NCBI GenBank assembly: GCA_963662585.1
Contig: OY759729.1
Coordinates: 12,317-76,316, forward strand
Length of the DNA stretch: 64,000 nucleotides
Direction of reading: 5' to 3'
Source: Candidatus Cloacimonadales bacterium
Lineage (GTDB): Bacteria > Cloacimonadota > Cloacimonadia > Cloacimonadales > JAFGVF01
Shown here in pieces: positions 58,952 to 64,000 of this stretch (its first letter is position 1; each line of letters begins with the position of its first letter). The notes beneath the pieces were generated by a model. The model saw nothing but the letters and a program-made list of their open reading frames with translations, made no database searches and had not been told where the DNA came from. The translations under genes and the position numbers were made by a program.

Positions 58952-59428
58952 TTAAAATCTCTTTCCTATTTTTTGTTCTAAAAAGTTAAGTAGCTCTTCT
59001 TTTTCAAGCTGGGTTTTAGAATATCGTACTGACATTCCTCGAAATGGATCCAATCGTCTAGGAGTTTTGAATGTACTAAGCATTACTCCATGTTTATCTG
59101 AATAAAAACAACCAAAATCTTTGTATGGTCTCTCTACTTTAAAGAATAGGTACTTAGCTACAATTCTATTCTCATAAAAAGTATATCGACTTGGGATGAA
59201 ATATGAACTGATACTAGCAAAAATAAGCATCATACTAATCCAATACCAACCAATTGGCAATAACATAGCATGTTCAATAAAGTATCGTAATAGTACGGAA
59301 AGAAATATTAAGAAAACAACCAATAGGGTAGAGGTGCGTGGTCTATCTACAAAAGGAAAAGATACCCAATCGAAATTGACCTTATCTTTTACTTTGAAAT
59401 TATTCTTGGGTGGCTTCTTACTGGACAT
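58952..59428 (-). CDS. hypothetical membrane protein (two TM helices plus cytoplasmic domain)
   Basis: Two hydrophobic segments (LLVVFLIFLSVLL, WYWISMMLIFASI). Tightly packed between rnr and yicC. Confidence 0.4.
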   Translation of the reverse strand: MSSKKPPKNNFKVKDKVNFDWVSFPFVDRPRTSTLLVVFLIFLSVLLRYFIEHAMLLPIGWYWISMMLIFASISSYFIPSRYTFYENRIVAKYLFFKVERPYKDFGCFYSDKHGVMLSTFKTPRRLDPFRGMSVRYSKTQLEKEELLNFLEQKIGKRF

Positions 59429-60299
59429 TTAAAATCATCTCCTTGCATTTATCTATTTCCTCTTTGATAGTAAGAATATACTCAAAGGTCTCTGGAATAC
59501 TGAACTTAGATCCTAAAGTATTAGCCTCTCTGTGCATCTCTTGAATTATAAAGTTGAAAGATTTTCCAATGTTATCATCTTCTGATTTGAGTAGATTTTC
59601 ACATTTATTGATATGATCTAAAAGTCTGATAACCTCTTCATTAACATCATTTCTATCTACATAAAAGGCTGTTTCAACAACTACACGACGAAGAATGTCA
59701 TCAGTAATCTCAGCCTTAAGCATCTCTTTAATATTATCTACTATTTTGTTGTATACCTGAGACTTATATAGAGGAATAATCTCTTTAATCTTCTCTGTTG
59801 CTGCTCGCATTAAAGATAGGGAAGATGTAAAGAAGTCTAACATTATCTTACCCTCATCTAAGGCCATTTTCTGATGTTCTAATAAAGCTTTCTGAATAGC
59901 ACATTCTAATGTCTCTAAAAGAAGATCTTCATTACCCGTTTGGGATTTCATCTCTAAAATGCCCTGATAAAGCAAAATCCTGTCTAAGGAAACTTCCCCA
60001 TCAGCTTTTAGTAAATCTTTAGCCCTCTGAGCTGCTTCCCAAATAGCTTTCAATTTTCCTTCATTAATCTTAAGTAAAGGTTCACTAAGATCTGTAATAT
60101 TAATTCGACATTCAATACTTCCACGACTTATAGTTTTCTTTATTAATTTGCTCACAAAAGATTCTAAATATGAATACTCACGAGCAGAGTAAAATCTGAA
60201 ATCAAAGTATTTTGAATTCAAAGTTTTAATTTCTATTTCTATATCATATATTTCATTTGTTAAGTTATGCTTACCATAACCAGTCATACTTTTAAACAT
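59418..60299 (-). CDS. yicC: YicC-family stress-induced protein
   Basis: N-terminal MFKSMTGYG; C-terminal EMHREANTLGSK motif (DUF1732). Confidence 0.8.
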   Translation of the reverse strand: MFKSMTGYGKHNLTNEIYDIEIEIKTLNSKYFDFRFYSAREYSYLESFVSKLIKKTISRGSIECRINITDLSEPLLKINEGKLKAIWEAAQRAKDLLKADGEVSLDRILLYQGILEMKSQTGNEDLLLETLECAIQKALLEHQKMALDEGKIMLDFFTSSLSLMRAATEKIKEIIPLYKSQVYNKIVDNIKEMLKAEITDDILRRVVVETAFYVDRNDVNEEVIRLLDHINKCENLLKSEDDNIGKSFNFIIQEMHREANTLGSKFSIPETFEYILTIKEEIDKCKEMILNVQ

Positions 60300-60425
60300 T
60301 TCTACATCTCCATATATCTTTATTTAAGAAAGGGTTAGCTCTTTATATACTCAAGTATACATAATATGCGTTATGGTCTTGATTGTATAAATGAGCAAAT
60401 AGACTTCCCTTAGATTCATTTATCT

Positions 60426-63386
60426 TTATTTTACAAAACACAAGCCTCTTTTTCCATCCATTTTGATAGTTAGAGGTTTTTCTGTTCTTACTACTTTAAT
60501 ATATTTAGTCTCTTTTATTAAATTGACACTATCTAATTTATTCCAATTAATAATATTATTCTCTTCACCAAAAGGAACTGAGACATAACCAATATTCATT
60601 GATAGAATATTATGAAAGAAATGAGTCCCTTGTGAAGGGTCAACTCTGAAGTTTTCCAATCCAGCTTCTACGATAACTTTTGCCATGGAGATATTACTAA
60701 AGGCCACTGGAATTCCTAAGAATCTATCTCGTGATCCCCAACGACCTGGTCCAATTAAAACATAATGAATGTTTTGGTCTAGCATTTCTCGATTAACAGC
60801 ATCAATTTCATTCATGATTTCAATTGTTTGGGTATTATCAAATGATTGAGGCTTAACATAGAGAATATGGTCAAGGTCATCAATCACTCCATTACCCATA
60901 GAGTACTTAGAATAAATAAGGCAATCTGCTGGATTTGCTTCTTGAGCATTTATCACAACATCTTCAGCATTAATTGATAAGGGTCTAATCTGCAAAATAT
61001 AGAAAGTTGGTTTCTGAATTTTCATTTTATTTGGTTGCAGATTTACAGCAAATTCAATCTCTACTGGAACTCCCATAGCAACTTCTCCAATAGATAAGAT
61101 ATCTTCTAAAATTGCAGCAAGTGGAAATCTATTGTATTTTACAATATTATCAAAAGTAACAACAGGCATTCCATCACCAAACATTCCTGAAATGAAAGCT
61201 CTACTGTTGTTATCCCAATATGATACAACTTCCTTCAAAGCTGGCTTAATGCTAGGATTTCTTATTGATATTTTTTTTAGACAAACATCTTCCCCACTAA
61301 GTAGATCGTAAGAATCATCAGATAAATCTACTGCATAAAACTCCTTTTGCGAGTTTCCAACTAAATATTCTCCAGAAAGTAGCTCCTTTTTAGGATATTT
61401 CGGACAAAATCTAAATGTGTTTTCACCTTCTACCACAGATTTCCCCATTCCTACAGCAATCGTAGCGATTCCATCTGAGTTATTCAAGTCTGAAGTAGGA
61501 TAGAAGTTGAATGACTGTGCTACACCAGAAAAATTTGGGAAATAATAATCCCCGTATTTAGAACCAGTCACTTCTTGAATGATTATTGCCATTTTCTCTT
61601 CAGCAATCATATAATTAACATTTTCAATATAATCTCGTGCTTTCTTTACAAATATAGAAGAATATACTAACTTAACTGCATTAGTAAGGTCTTGAAACCG
61701 ATCCAAATCATCTTCTGAAACATTCGGTAACATATAGGTAGAATATATTCCGGCAAAAGGTTGAGCTTGAGAATCTTCTAAAAGACTTGAAGATCTTACA
61801 GCTAAAGGATTTTTTAGTTCAAGAACTACTTTATATAAGCGTTCTTCTAATTCATTTGACAACTTACATTCTAAGAAGTATTTCTCAATTTCTTCATCTG
61901 GAAGTTCAGATACATCAGTAGTTATATTATTTATTTCTATAAAGTTATCAAATTCATTAGTTCCGATGATGCAGGTCGCTGGGATAGAGATATTTACTTC
62001 TGGGTAACTCTCATCAAATTCCATAGAGTTTAGCAAAGAGTTCATAAAAGATAAGCCTCTCCCCTTTCCCCCTAGTGAGCCTTCAGCAATCTTAACGATC
62101 TGATCTTCTAGATTAAACTCTGCATTATCAAAATTTATAATTTTACCTCTAGCTCTCAAAGACTTAACCTCTTTAAAGGTATTTAATAGAAAGCTTCTAA
62201 GCTCAACAATAGAAGCAAATTCACTAGTACTGATTGGTCTAATTTTCTTAGCAACGAGAAATTCACCATGCGCTATTAACCAAGAAGAAAAATGATTCCT
62301 TCTGGAATGGAATAAAAGACTTTTATCCGGAATATCAGCTAATATATTTTCAAACTCTTTAAGGGTGTTAGCTTTTCCATAAGCATTTCCAACTTCATCC
62401 TTAAAAATAAAATCTCCATAACCTAAATTGGTTTTAATAAATACCTTAAGTTCCTTTATTAGATTCCTATCATGTTTTCTAATGAAACTAGCATTTTTAC
62501 TTAGTACATCTGCTTGATAGTCTTTATTTGCTGATTGCATCAGTATTGGTAAATCTACATTCATTGAACGAACTTCATTAAGAAGTTTGATACCTGCTCC
62601 TAGATAATCATCACCTTGCTTTGGAAAGTCTATATCAGATATTAAGCAAACTATGAATTCTTGATATTTTTTATAAATTTCAATAGCATCTTCATAATTA
62701 TTAGCAAGCAGGACTTTAGGTCTTGCTCTCATTCTCAAACGCTTGTTCATATCATTCATTTCAGTATCAATAAGAAGTTGGGTTTGCTTCATGATTTCAG
62801 CATAGAGTAATGGTAAATAGGATGAATAGAAGTTTATAGAATCTTCAACTAATAAAATCACCCGAACTAATCCAACAGTTGTATCAAAATCACAATTCCA
62901 TCTATCTTCAACATATTTTATCATTGCAAGGAACAATTTGCTATCACCATTCCAGTAAAAAATATTATCTATATTGACCATCTTTTCTGGAAACTTCTTT
63001 ATTAAATTTATATCTCCAGTATTATTCAGAAGTAAGAGAACTGGAGTTTCGGGAGACATTTTCTTAATTGCTGTTGAAAGCTCATAAGGGATAGTTTCTC
63101 CTACCCTCATCATAGTTATCACTAAATCATAGTTATGAATAGAAATCTTCTTTAATGCCTCCTCTTTAGTTGGTACAGAGGTAATACGAGGTATGGTAGT
63201 TAGATTTAAATGTTTATATTCACCAAAAATCTGTTCTGATAATCTTCCATCCTGTTCAAAGATATAAGCATCATAAAAAGAGGAGACCATTAAGATATCT
63301 TTAACTCTTTTCTTCATTAAATAATGAAAATTGTCTTCACCAAATTTGAACTTATTATAATGATAGTTTAACTGTTTTAAATCCAT
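60426..63386 (-). CDS. receiver-domain protein fused to PEP/pyruvate-binding (PPDK_N, ATP-grasp) domain
   Basis: Two CheY-like modules; the second has ILLVEDS...ISDIDFP. They are followed by GSLGGKGRGLSFM and VRSSSLLED, typical of the PEP synthase / PPDK nucleotide-binding domain. Confidence 0.7.
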   Translation of the reverse strand: MDLKQLNYHYNKFKFGEDNFHYLMKKRVKDILMVSSFYDAYIFEQDGRLSEQIFGEYKHLNLTTIPRITSVPTKEEALKKISIHNYDLVITMMRVGETIPYELSTAIKKMSPETPVLLLLNNTGDINLIKKFPEKMVNIDNIFYWNGDSKLFLAMIKYVEDRWNCDFDTTVGLVRVILLVEDSINFYSSYLPLLYAEIMKQTQLLIDTEMNDMNKRLRMRARPKVLLANNYEDAIEIYKKYQEFIVCLISDIDFPKQGDDYLGAGIKLLNEVRSMNVDLPILMQSANKDYQADVLSKNASFIRKHDRNLIKELKVFIKTNLGYGDFIFKDEVGNAYGKANTLKEFENILADIPDKSLLFHSRRNHFSSWLIAHGEFLVAKKIRPISTSEFASIVELRSFLLNTFKEVKSLRARGKIINFDNAEFNLEDQIVKIAEGSLGGKGRGLSFMNSLLNSMEFDESYPEVNISIPATCIIGTNEFDNFIEINNITTDVSELPDEEIEKYFLECKLSNELEERLYKVVLELKNPLAVRSSSLLEDSQAQPFAGIYSTYMLPNVSEDDLDRFQDLTNAVKLVYSSIFVKKARDYIENVNYMIAEEKMAIIIQEVTGSKYGDYYFPNFSGVAQSFNFYPTSDLNNSDGIATIAVGMGKSVVEGENTFRFCPKYPKKELLSGEYLVGNSQKEFYAVDLSDDSYDLLSGEDVCLKKISIRNPSIKPALKEVVSYWDNNSRAFISGMFGDGMPVVTFDNIVKYNRFPLAAILEDILSIGEVAMGVPVEIEFAVNLQPNKMKIQKPTFYILQIRPLSINAEDVVINAQEANPADCLIYSKYSMGNGVIDDLDHILYVKPQSFDNTQTIEIMNEIDAVNREMLDQNIHYVLIGPGRWGSRDRFLGIPVAFSNISMAKVIVEAGLENFRVDPSQGTHFFHNILSMNIGYVSVPFGEENNIINWNKLDSVNLIKETKYIKVVRTEKPLTIKMDGKRGLCFVK

Positions 63387-64000
63387 ATTCCCTTCTTTAT
63401 TTCTTTCATTATTATATTGTGAATTGATTTAAATATTTGTCAATGATTTTCTCTTTTATTTTAAGAGTTTGACTTATTTAAGGATTTAATCAGATCTCCG
63501 AACTGTAAAGATTGTTTACCAGCGTACATTAAGTGTATGAAATTGCAAACTTCGAAATATACATTGCAAAATATTAGCTAAATGCCTGTGCAAATTAATC
63601 AACAAGAGAAATTTTAGTTATTTTTCGATAGTAACAATGAACTCAAAGAATGTCCATCGTTTAATTTTAAAGTATAGGCTTTTAAAAAGTAGTTATATTT
63701 AGTAAAATATTATTAAAAAGCAACGATTACGATATAGTCTTAATGTGTTGGTAATGTGCTTATACAGCTAATAACACCATAATTTTTTTACTTTAACAAA
63801 ATTATATTTTATAGCACCTCCTTTTTTTTCAAATGTAACAAAAAAAAAGTTGTCTAATTATTTTTATAGATTATTAATATAATAAGGAAAGCGAAATTGT
63901 TGAAAAAATGAAAAAAAGTTAACAAAATAAAAAAAAGTTAAAATTGTAAAAAATGCCTATATTTAGAGATTTTTTCCATTACGATAATTGATAATTTTAT

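Noticed and set aside
11657-59432. About 25 short ORFs (60-134 aa) that are antisense to, or nested out of frame within, long well-supported genes. Examples are 14813-15106, 17382-17732, 26279-26542, 29470-29721, 42006-42410, 52809-53123 and 59196-59432.
   Set aside because: They fully overlap genes with clear family motifs, have low-complexity or hydrophobic AT-rich-codon composition, and show no SD or family signature. They are typical shadow ORFs.
63387-64000. A 600-nt AT-rich non-coding stretch with recurring A6-9GTT motifs at the right edge. I considered an origin of replication or a large regulatory region.
   Set aside because: No DnaA-box-like 9-mers (TTATCCACA or its complement) or other defined repeats were recognised. 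The region is cut by the window edge, and it most likely contains the promoter of the 60426-63386 gene and of an unseen divergent neighbour.

Overview
This is an AT-rich bacterial chromosomal window. Two beta-barrel OMP-like genes ending in Phe suggest a diderm organism. No rRNA or tRNA genes and no intact transposase were recognised. (1) nt 1-794 holds the 3' end of a CRISPR adaptation module: a cas2 tail, then cas4. (2) nt 795-7375 holds a 266-nt leader and a very large CRISPR array of 87 copies of a 37-nt repeat with 86 spacers. The effector genes lie upstream of the window, so the subtype is unresolved. (3) nt 7376-10414 is the most unusual part. It is a ~3-kb ORF-free block that directly abuts the degenerate terminal CRISPR repeat. 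It contains 12 copies of an ~80-nt GC-hairpin module (8 forward, 4 inverted), three to four 29-codon stubs of an IS200/RAYT-type Y1 transposase gene, and ~270-nt AT-rich linkers, all arranged as higher-order tandem repeats. I read it as an amplified, decaying REP/RAYT-like or PATE-like element; an array of structured RNAs is the alternative. (4) nt 10524-30782 is a co-directional, translationally coupled anaerobic purine/urate catabolism cluster. Its gene set matches the E. coli ygeW-ygeY-hyuA-ygfK-ssnA-xdh-guaD region, with lineage-specific additions and omissions. (5) nt 30974-63386 holds a hybrid sensor kinase followed mostly by housekeeping genes: PFK, AMMECR1, yigZ, two ChaN-like proteins, psuG, dapD with aminotransferases, hflX, a four-subunit 2-oxoacid:ferredoxin oxidoreductase, murI, pyrG, rnr, yicC and a receiver-PPDK_N protein. 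All product calls rest on motifs read by eye, and no database search was possible.
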